DNA of 58,895 nt, counting the filler. It is 7 parts of 7 records of this genome, joined end to end, with 100 filler letters (N's around TTAATTAATTAA, not from the genome) between each part and the next. Parts side by side here need not be neighbours in the genome. Positions count along the whole stretch, not along the records: positions 45,895 to 51,316 come from DRR723986_6628; positions 51,417 to 58,895 come from DRR723986_6631; 5 more parts are not named here. One strand, 5' to 3'. The position numbers and the translations under genes were made by a program. Shown piece by piece: positions 48,612 through 58,352 of this stretch; the first letter of the stretch is position 1; every line of letters starts with the position of its first letter. Below the pieces are notes generated by a model that did no database searches, was not told the origin of the DNA, and saw nothing but the letters and a program-made list of their open reading frames with translations.

Positions 48612-49741
48612 ATCTGGCCTATCGCGATATCCGTCACAATCTGACGCGTTTCCTGTTCACCTGCTTCGGGCTCAGCCTGCTGCTCGGTGTTGTGCTATCG
48701 ATGATCGGCATCTATCGGGGCCTGGTCGTCGATGCGCTGACACTGGTAAGGGCCCCCGGTGTTGATGTCTGGGTGGTGGAATCCGGCACCCGAGGACCAT
48801 TTGCCGAGGCGTCGCGGATTCCCGGCGATACACGCGAGGCTATCGCTCGCCTGCAGGGTGTGAGTGCGGCGGGCAGTGTGACGTATCAATCCATCGAAAC
48901 GCTGCACCGCGGTGAAAAGCTCCGGCTCTATGTCGTGGGTTACGAGCAGGGCCGTCCCGGTGGTCCTGAGCGGATTGTTGAAGGGCGCTCGATTGGCCGC
49001 AGCCACTATGAAATGATCGCTGACAGGCGCTCGGGGCTGTCACCAGGGGACCGCGTGGAGTTGGGGCGCAATGTCTTTCACGTCGTGGGCTCGACCGACG
49101 GCCAGGTTGCCTCGGGCGGCGATCCGGTTGTGTACATCACACTGCTGGCTTCCCAGGAGCTGCAATTTGAGCTAGCTCCCCCCGCCGCTAGACGGGAAGT
49201 GGCGCGGGGAACCGGCGCGGGCACTACTGACACGATCAACGCCGTCATCGCCCGCGTACTACCCACTACCCACCCCGCCAGTGTGGCGGATGTCGCGCGG
49301 CGCTGGAAACATCTCTCGGCCATGACACAGGCCGATCAGGAGGCCATCCTGACACAATCGGTAGTGGAAAAAGCACGCAAGCAGATTGGGCTATTCACCG
49401 GGCTGCTACTAGTGGTATCGGCGGTAATCATCGCGCTGATTCTCTACACCATGACCATGGACAAACTGCGCGAAATCGCCACCCTCAAGCTCATCGGCGC
49501 GCCGGACCGGACCATCGTCGGCCTGATTCTGCAGCAAGCACTGGCTATGGGCGTAATCGGTTTCGGTTTCGGTGCACTGCTGATCACAACGGTTAAAGAC
49601 TACTTCCCCCGTCGCGTTGTTCTCCAGCCGGAGGACGGGCTCGCACTGGCGGCAGCAGTAATCCTGGTGTGCGTCCTCTCTAGTGCCCTGGGCGTGCGCC
49701 TCGCGCTCAAGGTCGATCCGGCTACGGCATTGGGGGGATGA
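48608..49741 (+). CDS. ABC transporter permease (MacB/FtsX-like)
   Basis: REIATLKLIGA, KVDPATAL; 1+3 TM layout. Confidence 0.88.
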   Translation: MNLAYRDIRHNLTRFLFTCFGLSLLLGVVLSMIGIYRGLVVDALTLVRAPGVDVWVVESGTRGPFAEASRIPGDTREAIARLQGVSAAGSVTYQSIETLHRGEKLRLYVVGYEQGRPGGPERIVEGRSIGRSHYEMIADRRSGLSPGDRVELGRNVFHVVGSTDGQVASGGDPVVYITLLASQELQFELAPPAARREVARGTGAGTTDTINAVIARVLPTTHPASVADVARRWKHLSAMTQADQEAILTQSVVEKARKQIGLFTGLLLVVSAVIIALILYTMTMDKLREIATLKLIGAPDRTIVGLILQQALAMGVIGFGFGALLITTVKDYFPRRVVLQPEDGLALAAAVILVCVLSSALGVRLALKVDPATALGG

Positions 49742-50454
49742 TTTTGAGCAATCCGGATAAGGAAAACCCTCTCGTTCAGGTTCGCAAAGTCTCGAAGCAT
49801 TTCGGAGAAGGCGAAACTCGTGTTGACGCACTGCGCGATGTCAGTATGGAAGTGCACCCCGGCCAAGTGGTAGCGCTGTTGGGTCCCAGTGGCTCTGGCA
49901 AGACCACGCTGCTGAACATGATCGGCTGCATCCTGGAGCCCAGCAGCGGCTGGGTGAGCCTGGACGGTGAAGTCGTCTATGACGGGCATTGGCTGCGTTC
50001 CGACCTGCGCAAGCTGCGGCTAGAAAAAGTCGGCTTCATTTTCCAGTTCCACAACCTGCTGCCCTTTCTGAGCAGCGCTGACAATGTGGCCATCGTACTC
50101 AGCCTGGCTGGATTCGACACCGTGGAAGCAAGAAAGCGCGCCGTCGAACTGCTGGATTACCTGGAAGTCGGGCATCGAAAGGACGCCATGCCGGCCCAGT
50201 TGTCGGGTGGCGAGGCGCAACGCGTGGCAATTGCGCGAGCGCTGGCCAATCGGCCTCGAATCATCCTGGCAGACGAGCCGACGGCCGCACTAGACTCAGA
50301 ACGGGCACGAATCGTAATGGACCTGCTGCGTAAGGTTGCGGCCGAACAGCAGGCGGCAATCCTGGCCGTAACTCACGACGAAAAAATCTTCGACCGTTTC
50401 GATCACATCTTTCATCTGAGGGATGGGCGACTTGATACCGAGAGCATCAGCTGA
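49738..50454 (+). CDS. ABC transporter ATP-binding protein (LolD/MacB-like)
   Basis: [34 protein letters not shown]. Confidence 0.93.
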   Translation: MILSNPDKENPLVQVRKVSKHFGEGETRVDALRDVSMEVHPGQVVALLGPSGSGKTTLLNMIGCILEPSSGWVSLDGEVVYDGHWLRSDLRKLRLEKVGFIFQFHNLLPFLSSADNVAIVLSLAGFDTVEARKRAVELLDYLEVGHRKDAMPAQLSGGEAQRVAIARALANRPRIILADEPTAALDSERARIVMDLLRKVAAEQQAAILAVTHDEKIFDRFDHIFHLRDGRLDTESIS

Positions 50455-50570
50455 CACGGACAATCGAGAAAGGAGCCCGGCTACAGCGCACTTACTCGGC
50501 AAGTAAATAAAGAGGTGTCCCACCTTAAATCACAATCGTACCGTCTAAGGTACACTCATTGCTCTCACCT

Positions 50571-51170
50571 TCAGGCTGCAATTCTACTGTAGCGATTGTA
50601 CAGACCGCCGATTCGGGGTAACGCAATAATGTTACCTAACTCGGGCAATTCAACTTTTCGGGATTCGGGCGGATCTTCGCTTAAGGATAAATGTGTTCTG
50701 CAAGTATGGTAATAGCTGAAGCACTCGCCAAGGATTCTGCGTAGATGTCGCTCACTGAGGACAATGACATGATCCAGACATTCCCGGGGTACGGACCCAA
50801 TAACTCGTTCAACGAACGGGTTTTGCCATGGCGAGCGAGGCGCTGTGACGACCTCCTCGGTACCCAGACTTTTGATCCGTCGCTGAGCCATATCACCGTA
50901 GATTGCATCTTGATCGCGCAGCAAGTAGCGTTGAGTGGAATCGAACGGAAAAGCTTCCATTAATTGCTGTGCCGTCCACTGGGCAGTCGGGTGTTCTGTC
51001 GCGTTGAAGTGTACAACCTGCCGGCGGTCATGGCTGAGCACGATAAATATATAAAGCACTCGGAATCCGGCGGTCGGGACTTTGAAGAAATCTACGGCTG
51101 CCGAATACTCTGTATGATTACTGAAAAAAGTTCGCCAGGTTTGTGATGGTGGCTTATTCGGATCTAGCAT
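50571..51170 (-). pseudogene. Truncated DDE transposase (rve integrase core) remnant
   Basis: PPSQTWRTF..NH, AVDFF, LLRDQD, PWQNPFVERVIGS; N-terminal DNA-binding region absent, no terminal IRs seen. Confidence 0.75.
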
Positions 51171-51275
51171 GACGCAATTTGCGTTAGAACATTAGGGAGC
51201 GTGCTGAGCGCTTGGTCCCAAAATGGTCCCATGGCGGCAGATAATTGTAATTAATTCAATGAAATCAAAGGGATA

Positions 51276-51316
51276 TGGCGGAGAGCGAGGGATTCGAACC
51301 CTCGATACGCTATTAA
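51276..51316 (-). tRNA. tRNA-Ser, 3' portion only (cut by contig end); could instead be the att duplication of its 3' end
   Basis: Minus strand ...TAGCGTATC-GAGGG-TTCGAAT-CCCTC-GCTCTCC-G-CCA: long variable arm, T-arm, G discriminator, CCA; anticodon not visible. Confidence 0.85.
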
Positions 51317-51416
51317 NNNNNNNNNNNNNNNNNNNNNNNNNNNNNNNNNNNNNNNNNNNNTTAATTAATTAANNNNNNNNNNNNNNNNNNNNNNNNNNNN
51401 NNNNNNNNNNNNNNNN
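51317..51416. other. Artificial contig spacer
   Basis: N44-TTAATTAATTAA-N44. Confidence 0.99.
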
Positions 51417-51449
51417 GGCGATGACGACGACGACGACGACGACGACTAA
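51417..51449 (+). CDS. 3' end of a gene ending in poly-Asp (GDDDDDDDDD-stop)
   Basis: GGC GAT (GAC)8 TAA at contig start. Confidence 0.55.
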   Translation, partial: GDDDDDDDDD

Positions 51450-51583
51450 GGACCGAAATCGGCAGAGGTTCCTTTAAGGAGATTGGTGTGCTCTCCTATA
51501 GCCGATAACGGACCTTGCTCTGCCCCGCCCATCCCCCCAACTGTCCGGCGGGGCAGAGACATCAAAACGAAGGAGACGGCATC

Positions 51584-52033
51584 TTGAAAACCATGCGCCT
51601 TTTGATGGCCGCTGCGCTCTGCCTGTCGGCAGGGTCTGGCGCGCTTTGGGCACAGGATATCGAGGCCCAGATCATCTCGCAGCTTCAGTCGCAGGGTTAT
51701 GTCCGCATCACGGTAACCCGGACATGGCTCGGGCGTGTCCGTATCGAGGCGGAAGGCCCCGGACGCGAGCGGGAGATCATCTTCAACCCGACAACTGGCG
51801 AAATCCTGCGTGATTACTGGGAAGTCGACGATGACGATTACCGGGGTGGTGGTGGGGGTATTCCCTCCTCAAGCTCGGGTAGTGGTGATGACGATGACGA
51901 TGACGATGACGATGAAGGCGGCTCGGGCGGGGGCGGCGATGATGATGGCGAAGACGACGAAGACGATGAAGACGACGAAGATGACGAAGATGACGACGGA
52001 GGGGATGATGACGATGACGATGATGATGACTGA
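51584..52033 (+). CDS. Secreted PepSY-like small protein with Asp/Glu/Gly-rich tail
   Basis: TTG after AGGAG (or ATG 51593); signal peptide; QLQSQGY, RTWLGRVRI, REIIFNPTTGEILRD; acidic low-complexity C-terminus. Confidence 0.75.
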   Translation: MKTMRLLMAAALCLSAGSGALWAQDIEAQIISQLQSQGYVRITVTRTWLGRVRIEAEGPGREREIIFNPTTGEILRDYWEVDDDDYRGGGGGIPSSSSGSGDDDDDDDDDEGGSGGGGDDDGEDDEDDEDDEDDEDDDGGDDDDDDDDD

Positions 52034-52572
52034 TGCCCGCAGGCACCCGGAAGGGACGGTGCGTGTCGAAAGGTAAACTGCTCCTTGCGGTTGTTTTGGT
52101 CGTGCAGCTGGCCTGCTCGGTCTTTTTCGTGTCCGAGATCGTCCTAACCATTTTCAACCTCCGCGTCCGTCCGGTTAGCTGGCAGACCCGCGAGCTGATG
52201 GAAATCGGCGCGACCATCGGGTTGATCATCGGTTCGGTGATTGGTGGGATTTATCTGCGAAATTCCCTGCGTCGCACGGCCATGGCCGAGCAAAAGCTCA
52301 AGGCCGCGTCAGGGGCTTTCATGGATGTCATGGAAGAACGGTTCGACGATTGGGGGCTGACCCCGGCAGAGCGCGACGTGGCGCTCTTTGCGATCAAGGG
52401 CATGTCGATTCAGGAAATCGCCGCCCTGCGCCAGACCTCGGAAGGTACGGTCAAAGCGCAGACCAACGCGATTTACCGCAAGGCGGGCGTCAGCGGGCGG
52501 CCGCAGCTTCTGAGCCTCTTTATCGAGGATCTGCTAGACGTGGATGACCGGGTGCGGATCGCCGCCGAATAG
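52033..52572 (+). CDS. Membrane-anchored LuxR-type HTH regulator
   Basis: Two hydrophobic segments, then WGLTPAERDVA...KG.S..EIA..R.TSEGTVKAQ; start may be GTG 52063. Confidence 0.85.
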   Translation: MPAGTRKGRCVSKGKLLLAVVLVVQLACSVFFVSEIVLTIFNLRVRPVSWQTRELMEIGATIGLIIGSVIGGIYLRNSLRRTAMAEQKLKAASGAFMDVMEERFDDWGLTPAERDVALFAIKGMSIQEIAALRQTSEGTVKAQTNAIYRKAGVSGRPQLLSLFIEDLLDVDDRVRIAAE

Positions 52573-52574
52573 GC

Positions 52575-52949
52575 TCAGGTCGCGGCCATTTCCTGCAACA
52601 CATCCAAAGGCACGACGTCCAAGGCGCGGGCATGGGTTGCCTCCAGCCTGACTTTCGGCGCGCAGCCTTCGTCATGGGCTTGCAAGAACCGGCTGGCGCA
52701 CAGGCACCATTGATCGCCGGGTTTCAGCCCCGCAAAGCCAAACTCTGGCCGGGGCGTGGACAGGTCGTTACCCACATATTTGGAATAGGCGAGGAATTCG
52801 GCGGTCATCTGTGCGCAAACCGTGTGGCTGCCGTGATCCTCGGCGCAGGTGTTGCAATGGCCATCGCGAAAGAAGCCGGTTAGCGGCGCGGTCGAGCAGG
52901 GTTGCAGCACTCCGCCCAATACGTTCACTGGGGCATCCATCTGGGTCAT
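52575..52949 (-). CDS. DUF2237 family protein
   Basis: NVLGG.L.PCS..PLTGFFRDG.C, GNDLSTP, GLKPGDQWCLCA. Confidence 0.9.
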   Translation of the reverse strand: MTQMDAPVNVLGGVLQPCSTAPLTGFFRDGHCNTCAEDHGSHTVCAQMTAEFLAYSKYVGNDLSTPRPEFGFAGLKPGDQWCLCASRFLQAHDEGCAPKVRLEATHARALDVVPLDVLQEMAAT

Positions 52950-54163
52950 TCGCTGGCCTCCGGTTGTGGCTCTGATTCTGTCACCGGTTCTGGTGGGACG
53001 AGGCTCTCTGAAATCAGGCGGAAGATGCGGACGTTTTCTTCATTAACGCCGGCATCGCGAAATTGCCGATCTGCGCCGGTGGTCGAGATCACCACGCCAT
53101 TCACCTGATCGACATAGACATACTGCCCATAGATCCCGCGCGCCATGAACTGGCCGGGTTCGGATCCCACGGGAATCCACCACTGATAGCCATAGCCGAT
53201 CTCACCCGGGGCCGTATTGGCCGACGCGGCGGTCGAGGCGGCAACCCAGTCCGGTGACAGGATCTGCTGGCCGCCATATTCGCCGTTGTTCAGAAACAAC
53301 AGACCCATCCGCGCATAGTCGCGCGTGGTCATGTTCAGCCCGCCAAGGACGAAAGCCACGCCCTCTCCGTCGGTCAGGTAGTAGGGGGTGCTGTCCAGCC
53401 CAAGCGGCTGAATGATCCGCTCAGACAGCAGCGAGGGGATGTCGCGGCCGGTTGCCCCCCGGATCACCATGCCGATCACGTGGGTGTCGATGGACACATA
53501 TTGCCACTCTTCACCCGCCGGGCGGTCATTTTCGGTCAGAGCCGCGGCAAAGCCATCTAACGTGCCGCCAAGGGCGATCTCGCGGCCCATGCGGTTGATA
53601 TCGGAATTGTAGTCCAGATAGTCCTCGTCGAAGGTCACACCGGATGACATCTGCAAGACGTCAAGGATCGTCGCCCCGTCATAGGCGGATCCCGCCAGCA
53701 TCGGCGCATAGTCCGTCACAAGCGCGCCCAGTTCCGGGATAGTCCCGTCATCGACCAGCGTCCCCATCAACGCCGAGAGGAAGCTTTTTGCGACCGACCA
53801 CGATATCCGCTGATCTGACGGCGCGGTGCCCTGATGATAGCTCTCGTGCCGGACCTGCCCGTCTTGCAGCACCAAAAGCGAGGTCACTGCGCGCTCCTCG
53901 ATCCAGTCGGCCACTTCGGCAGGTAACTCTGCGGGTTCCCCTTCGGGCATCGGGCTGGCCGGGCCTGATCCGCGCGGCACCTCGACAGTCAGGAACGCCT
54001 CATCCATATGGCTGAAATTGTGAACGATGCGGTCCGCATCAAAGAGCGAGTTAACCGCCCAAAGGCGCTGGATCTCCTCGCGCATGTACCAGCCGGCAGC
54101 GGCAGTCACGACGAGGAAGATCACAAGGATCCGAACCAGTAATCTGACGATACGACGACGCAT
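52946..54163 (-). CDS. Serine hydrolase (beta-lactamase class C / NylB-like)
   Basis: SWSVAKS (SxxK), LQMSSG, Y.S.DT, YGYQWW, GIYGQ. Confidence 0.88.
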   Translation of the reverse strand: MRRRIVRLLVRILVIFLVVTAAAGWYMREEIQRLWAVNSLFDADRIVHNFSHMDEAFLTVEVPRGSGPASPMPEGEPAELPAEVADWIEERAVTSLLVLQDGQVRHESYHQGTAPSDQRISWSVAKSFLSALMGTLVDDGTIPELGALVTDYAPMLAGSAYDGATILDVLQMSSGVTFDEDYLDYNSDINRMGREIALGGTLDGFAAALTENDRPAGEEWQYVSIDTHVIGMVIRGATGRDIPSLLSERIIQPLGLDSTPYYLTDGEGVAFVLGGLNMTTRDYARMGLLFLNNGEYGGQQILSPDWVAASTAASANTAPGEIGYGYQWWIPVGSEPGQFMARGIYGQYVYVDQVNGVVISTTGADRQFRDAGVNEENVRIFRLISESLVPPEPVTESEPQPEASE

Positions 54164-54244
54164 GAAAGGCCCCCTTTTGGCTGCGGCAAAGCAGAACATG
54201 GCCGCCCGGCACGCGGCAATCCTGACCCAACGTCAGTCGGCGGC

Positions 54245-54931
54245 TCAGCGGAAGCGATCCACCAGCTTTTGTAGCGTTGACCGATCGTCTTCGGGCTCTG
54301 GTGCTGGCCGAGGATCTTCAGCTTTGGCGGCCGGTTTGGGCTTCTCGCCGCCCGACGATCTTGGCGGCGCTGTGCGCAGGGCAACGGCGTTCATGAACCG
54401 GCCTGTATCGCCGCGCGCAAGGTCCGGTGCGCCATCGGATATACCGCGCAGCAGGTCATCCAGCCAATCCTGATCGGCCTTGGCGAAATCGGACAGCACA
54501 TAGGGCGCAACCCGGTCCTTGTGGCCGGGATGACCGATGCCAAGCCGCACCCGGTCGTAGTGCGGACCAATATGCTGGTGGATCGAGCGTAGCCCGTTAT
54601 GGCCCGCATGACCGCCGCCCGCCTTTACCCGGCATTTACCCGGCGCGAGGTCCAGTTCGTCATGAAAGACGGTGATGTCGGTGGAGTCGAGCTTGTAGAA
54701 CCGCATCGCTTCGCCCACGGATTGGCCCGACAGGTTCATGAAGGTTTCGGGCTTCAGCAGCAGCACCTTTTCCGACCCAAGGCGCCCTTCGGTCAGGCTG
54801 GCCTGAAACTTGCTGCGCCATGGCGCAAAGCCATGGTCCTCGGCCACCCGGTCCAGCGCCATGAAGCCGATATTGTGGCGGTTGCCCGCGTATTTCGCAC
54901 CGGGGTTCCCAAGACCAACCCAGAGTTTCAT
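54245..54931 (-). CDS. pth: Peptidyl-tRNA hydrolase
   Basis: VGLGNPG, RHNIGF, KPETFMNLSG, HDELD, GGHAGHNGLRS. Confidence 0.96.
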   Translation of the reverse strand: MKLWVGLGNPGAKYAGNRHNIGFMALDRVAEDHGFAPWRSKFQASLTEGRLGSEKVLLLKPETFMNLSGQSVGEAMRFYKLDSTDITVFHDELDLAPGKCRVKAGGGHAGHNGLRSIHQHIGPHYDRVRLGIGHPGHKDRVAPYVLSDFAKADQDWLDDLLRGISDGAPDLARGDTGRFMNAVALRTAPPRSSGGEKPKPAAKAEDPRPAPEPEDDRSTLQKLVDRFR

Positions 54932-55005
54932 GGCATCCTCGCATTCAAATTGCCTGCCCAGTCCTATAGGCATGACGGGACGAGGGATCAACGAGTTGGG
55001 GGCTT

Positions 55006-55686
55006 ATGCCGGTTTTCACCCTTCACGACGTGACGATTGATCTGCCAGAGGGGGTGGCGACCAGGGCGTTGTCCGCCCGGCTGGCGGATGGCAGCTATGA
55101 GGCAGACGAGATCGCCGCTGCGATGTGCCGGGTTGGGCCGGGGATGCGGGTATTGGACCTCGGCGCGGGGCTAGGGGTGACCAGCGTTCTGGCCGCGCGG
55201 GTGGCCGGGGCTGACAATGTTCTCAGCGTCGAGGCTAATCCGGTCTTGCTGCCGGTCCTGCGCGATACGTTCAAGCGCAACGGGCAAGGGGGCATTCGGT
55301 TGATGCACGGCGCCGTGATGCGGGGCGAGGGTGGCGGCAACGTCGCGTTCCAGGTGCCACGCGCCATCCTGGGGGCCAGCCTGGCGCGACCGGGGACGCC
55401 TGAAGATGAGGTTGTTGAGGTTCCTGGCCTTGGTCTGGAAAGCTTGCTGTATGACCATCGGCCAGAGCTGGTGATGATGGATATCGAAGGCGCGGAAGAG
55501 AGGCTCTTTGACGAGCCCTGGCATCCCGAGCTTCGCTTTCTGATGCTGGAACTGCATCCGCCCCGTTACTCTGGCAAGGTGATCAAGCGGATCGTGGATT
55601 GCATGTCGGATTCCGGCCTGACCTATGACCCGGTCACCTCACGCGGGCGGGTGCTGGGGTTTCGGCGGGTCCGGCGCAGAGGCTAA
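55006..55686 (+). CDS. FkbM-family methyltransferase
   Basis: VLDLGAGLG, VEANP, MMDIEGAE, LELH. Confidence 0.85.
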   Translation: MPVFTLHDVTIDLPEGVATRALSARLADGSYEADEIAAAMCRVGPGMRVLDLGAGLGVTSVLAARVAGADNVLSVEANPVLLPVLRDTFKRNGQGGIRLMHGAVMRGEGGGNVAFQVPRAILGASLARPGTPEDEVVEVPGLGLESLLYDHRPELVMMDIEGAEERLFDEPWHPELRFLMLELHPPRYSGKVIKRIVDCMSDSGLTYDPVTSRGRVLGFRRVRRRG

Positions 55687-55689
55687 GCC

Positions 55690-55728
55690 AAAAGAAAACG
55701 CGGCCCATCCCGGTAGGGACAGGCCGCG
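55690..55728 (-). terminator. Rho-independent terminator after rplY
   Basis: Minus strand CGCGGCCTGTCCC-TACC-GGGATGGGCCGCG-TTTTCTTTT. Confidence 0.7.
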
Positions 55729-55760
55729 CAATGTCAGGTCCGATCAGTGGATCGCGAGGA

Positions 55761-56405
55761 TTATTCCTCGGCTGCGGCTTCTTCGGTTTCTGCCTCTTCA
55801 CCTTCGCCTTCGGCATCGTCGCCGCCACGTGCCAGACCCGAGGGGGCGGCGATGTTGGCGATCACGAAGTCGCGGTCGATGGTCGGGCGTGCGCCCTCGG
55901 GCAGGGTCACGTCGGAAATGGTCACCACGTCGCCGATGTTCAGGGTCGACAGGTCCACGGTGATGCTTTCCGGGATGTCGCCTGCGGTCACGCGCAGTTC
56001 GACTTCCGGGCGAACCACGGTCACGACGCCACCCTTCTTGATGCCGGGCGCAACTTCCTCGCCGACGAACTCAACCGGAATGAACAGGTTGACGCGGCTG
56101 GTGCGGCGCAGGCGCATCAGGTCGACATGGGTGGGCAAGTCTTTGACAACGTCGCGCTGAACGCCGCGGCAGATCACGCGCACATCTTCCTGACCTTCAA
56201 CCTTCAGGTTGAAAAGCTGCGCAAGGAAGCGGCCAGCTTTCAGGTGCTTGAGAAGCACGTTAAAGGGGATCTGAATCGAGACGGGGTCTGCACCACCGCC
56301 ATAGACAACTCCAGGTACCATTCCGTTGCGGCGTGCTTGACGAGCGGCCCCCTTGCCTGTCCCCGTCCGTGCCTCGGCGATGAGATCTGTAATCTCTCCG
56401 GCCAT
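55761..56405 (-). CDS. rplY: 50S ribosomal protein L25/Ctc
   Basis: [36 protein letters not shown]. Confidence 0.96.
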   Translation of the reverse strand: MAGEITDLIAEARTGTGKGAARQARRNGMVPGVVYGGGADPVSIQIPFNVLLKHLKAGRFLAQLFNLKVEGQEDVRVICRGVQRDVVKDLPTHVDLMRLRRTSRVNLFIPVEFVGEEVAPGIKKGGVVTVVRPEVELRVTAGDIPESITVDLSTLNIGDVVTISDVTLPEGARPTIDRDFVIANIAAPSGLARGGDDAEGEGEEAETEEAAAEE

Positions 56406-56562
56406 AGCTATTCTCCATATGATAAAGGGCGGCCTCCAAGGGTGTCCGCCCGGTTGAAGCCGTGCCTATAGACGACCCTTGTGGGTTTGGAAAGGGGCAA
56501 CGCGGGAAGAATCCACGCTTTGGAACTTGCTTTGGGGCATGGCCCGTGACAAGCGGCCCGTG

Positions 56563-57699
56563 ATGTCGATCCTGCGCGCCATATCCTTGTCCCGTCATGA
56601 CCTGCCGGCCTTCGCCGTGCAAGGCATCTATTGGGGTGCATTCGCCGCTTATGTGCCTGAGATAAAGGCCCATATCGGCGCCAGCGACAGCGTGTTCGGG
56701 CTGGCGATGCTGGTCACGGCGACGGGCGCGGTAACGGCGATGCTGTCGGCCCCGGTTTTTGCCGCCCGGTTCGGGCGCTACGCGGTGACGCTGGCCTCGG
56801 TCCTGCTGGCGCTGGCGTTTCAGGCACCCATGTGGGTGGCCTCGGTGCCGGTCTTCGCGGCGCTGATGTTCTTTGCCGGGGCTGGGTCGGGATTGCAGGA
56901 CGTGGTGATGAACACCCGCCTGTCGCGCACGGAATCGCGGCTTGGGGCGTCGTTGATGAACCTCAACCACGCGATGTTTTCCTTCGCTTACGCGGCATCC
57001 GCCATGTCCGCTGGTCTGGCGCGAGAGGCGGGGCTGCCTCCTGCGCCGGTCTTTGCGGCGCTCGGGCTGCTGACGCTGATTGCCTCGGCGTTCATGATGT
57101 CCCCGGACGGGGCGGAAAGCCACGGCACCGCCAAGGCCGCGCGGGGTCGGTTTGGCGGTGTTGTGCTGTGGGGCGGTCTGATCGTGCTGGTGGCGTTCCT
57201 GGCCGAGAACGCGACCGAGGGCTGGTCGGCCCTGCATGTGGAGCGTACCTTGGGTGGCGGCGCTGCAGAAGGCGCGCTTGGCCCCGCCATGCTTGGCCTG
57301 ACCATGGGAATCGGCCGCTTTACCGGGCAACTGGTGGTGGGCCGCCTGTCGGAAACTCGCGTGGTGTTCTGGAGCGCGCTTGTCACCGCTTGCGGGGCGC
57401 TGCTGGTGGCCATCGCCCCGGCGCCGCTTGTGGCCTATCTGGGCTTTGCCATTCTGGGACTTGGCGTGTCGACCATCGCGCCGATGCTGCTGGCGCTGGC
57501 GGGCCGATTGGCCAGCGATGACGCGCGGGCCTATGTCATCAGCCGGGTGACGACCATCGGCTATTTCGGCTTCTTCATCGGGCCGCCGATCATGGGCTTT
57601 ATCGCACAGGGTTTCGGTCTGCGGATGTCGTTCGGTTTCGTGGCGGTGCTTTTGTTGCTGATTCCGGGTTTGCTGGCCCTGATGCGGCGCGCCGGTTAG
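56563..57699 (+). CDS. MFS transporter
   Basis: ~12 hydrophobic segments; DVVMN, HAMFS, GFFIGPPIMG; start uncertain. Confidence 0.87.
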   Translation: MSILRAISLSRHDLPAFAVQGIYWGAFAAYVPEIKAHIGASDSVFGLAMLVTATGAVTAMLSAPVFAARFGRYAVTLASVLLALAFQAPMWVASVPVFAALMFFAGAGSGLQDVVMNTRLSRTESRLGASLMNLNHAMFSFAYAASAMSAGLAREAGLPPAPVFAALGLLTLIASAFMMSPDGAESHGTAKAARGRFGGVVLWGGLIVLVAFLAENATEGWSALHVERTLGGGAAEGALGPAMLGLTMGIGRFTGQLVVGRLSETRVVFWSALVTACGALLVAIAPAPLVAYLGFAILGLGVSTIAPMLLALAGRLASDDARAYVISRVTTIGYFGFFIGPPIMGFIAQGFGLRMSFGFVAVLLLLIPGLLALMRRAG

Positions 57700-58205
57700 T
57701 CGAAGATCTCACCCTCTTCGACACCCCACAGCGTTTCCATCGGCACCCATCCACGATGACCGCCCACATTCAGGCGGCACCAGCTTCCGTTGCATTCGTC
57801 CAGAAAGGCAATCACCCCAAGCTCTGCCTGAGCGGTGACCGGAGATGTCGGATCGGGCCGTTGATGCAACTCCAGCATGTCGACCTCGACAATCGCGGTG
57901 CGCACACCTGACAATAGCGAATAGTGCATCCAGCCCCCCGCCCCGTCGCGGTCGATGACCCGGCGCCAGTGTTCATGTTCTGCCACCACCTGCATCGGCA
58001 TGTTGCGGCGCTGAAACACCCAGTCGATCCGGTGGCTGCGCGAGGGACCGCGCCGGGCGTAGGCCTCTGACGCCTGAATCGAGACATAGCGGGGCAGGGG
58101 GAAACCCGTCACCTGCCCACGCTGGTCAACCTCCTGCGCCGTGGCGACTGTTGTCACCAAGCCCAGAATCGCCGCCAGGATCACGCCCGATATCTTGCGC
58201 TTCAT
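57696..58205 (-). CDS. Secreted SH3-domain (SH3_4) protein
   Basis: Signal peptide; VTGFPLPRYVS, RRGPS, WRRV.D.DG..GW; ends LWGV. Confidence 0.85.
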   Translation of the reverse strand: MKRKISGVILAAILGLVTTVATAQEVDQRGQVTGFPLPRYVSIQASEAYARRGPSRSHRIDWVFQRRNMPMQVVAEHEHWRRVIDRDGAGGWMHYSLLSGVRTAIVEVDMLELHQRPDPTSPVTAQAELGVIAFLDECNGSWCRLNVGGHRGWVPMETLWGVEEGEIFD

Positions 58206-58352
58206 CAACTGCACTGCCTGCCCGCACCTGTGCCGCTCTTCGCGGTCTTGCCGGTGATTTTGTCGCTGTAAGGGCGCTGTGTCTTGCACCCCTGCCTTGG
58301 ATGAGAGAGTGTCACGACAAAGGCTGAAACGCCAGACAAAGGGAATGACGGG

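Noticed and set aside
9153-51416. Recurring TTAATTAATTAA flanked by N runs, as a biological repeat or CRISPR
   Set aside because: Identical 100-bp assembly linkers; no CRISPR array or cas gene seen anywhere in the window
52946-54163. Beta-lactam resistance or nylon-oligomer hydrolase
   Set aside because: The SxxK family is broad and common in Rhodobacteraceae; specificity cannot be read from sequence
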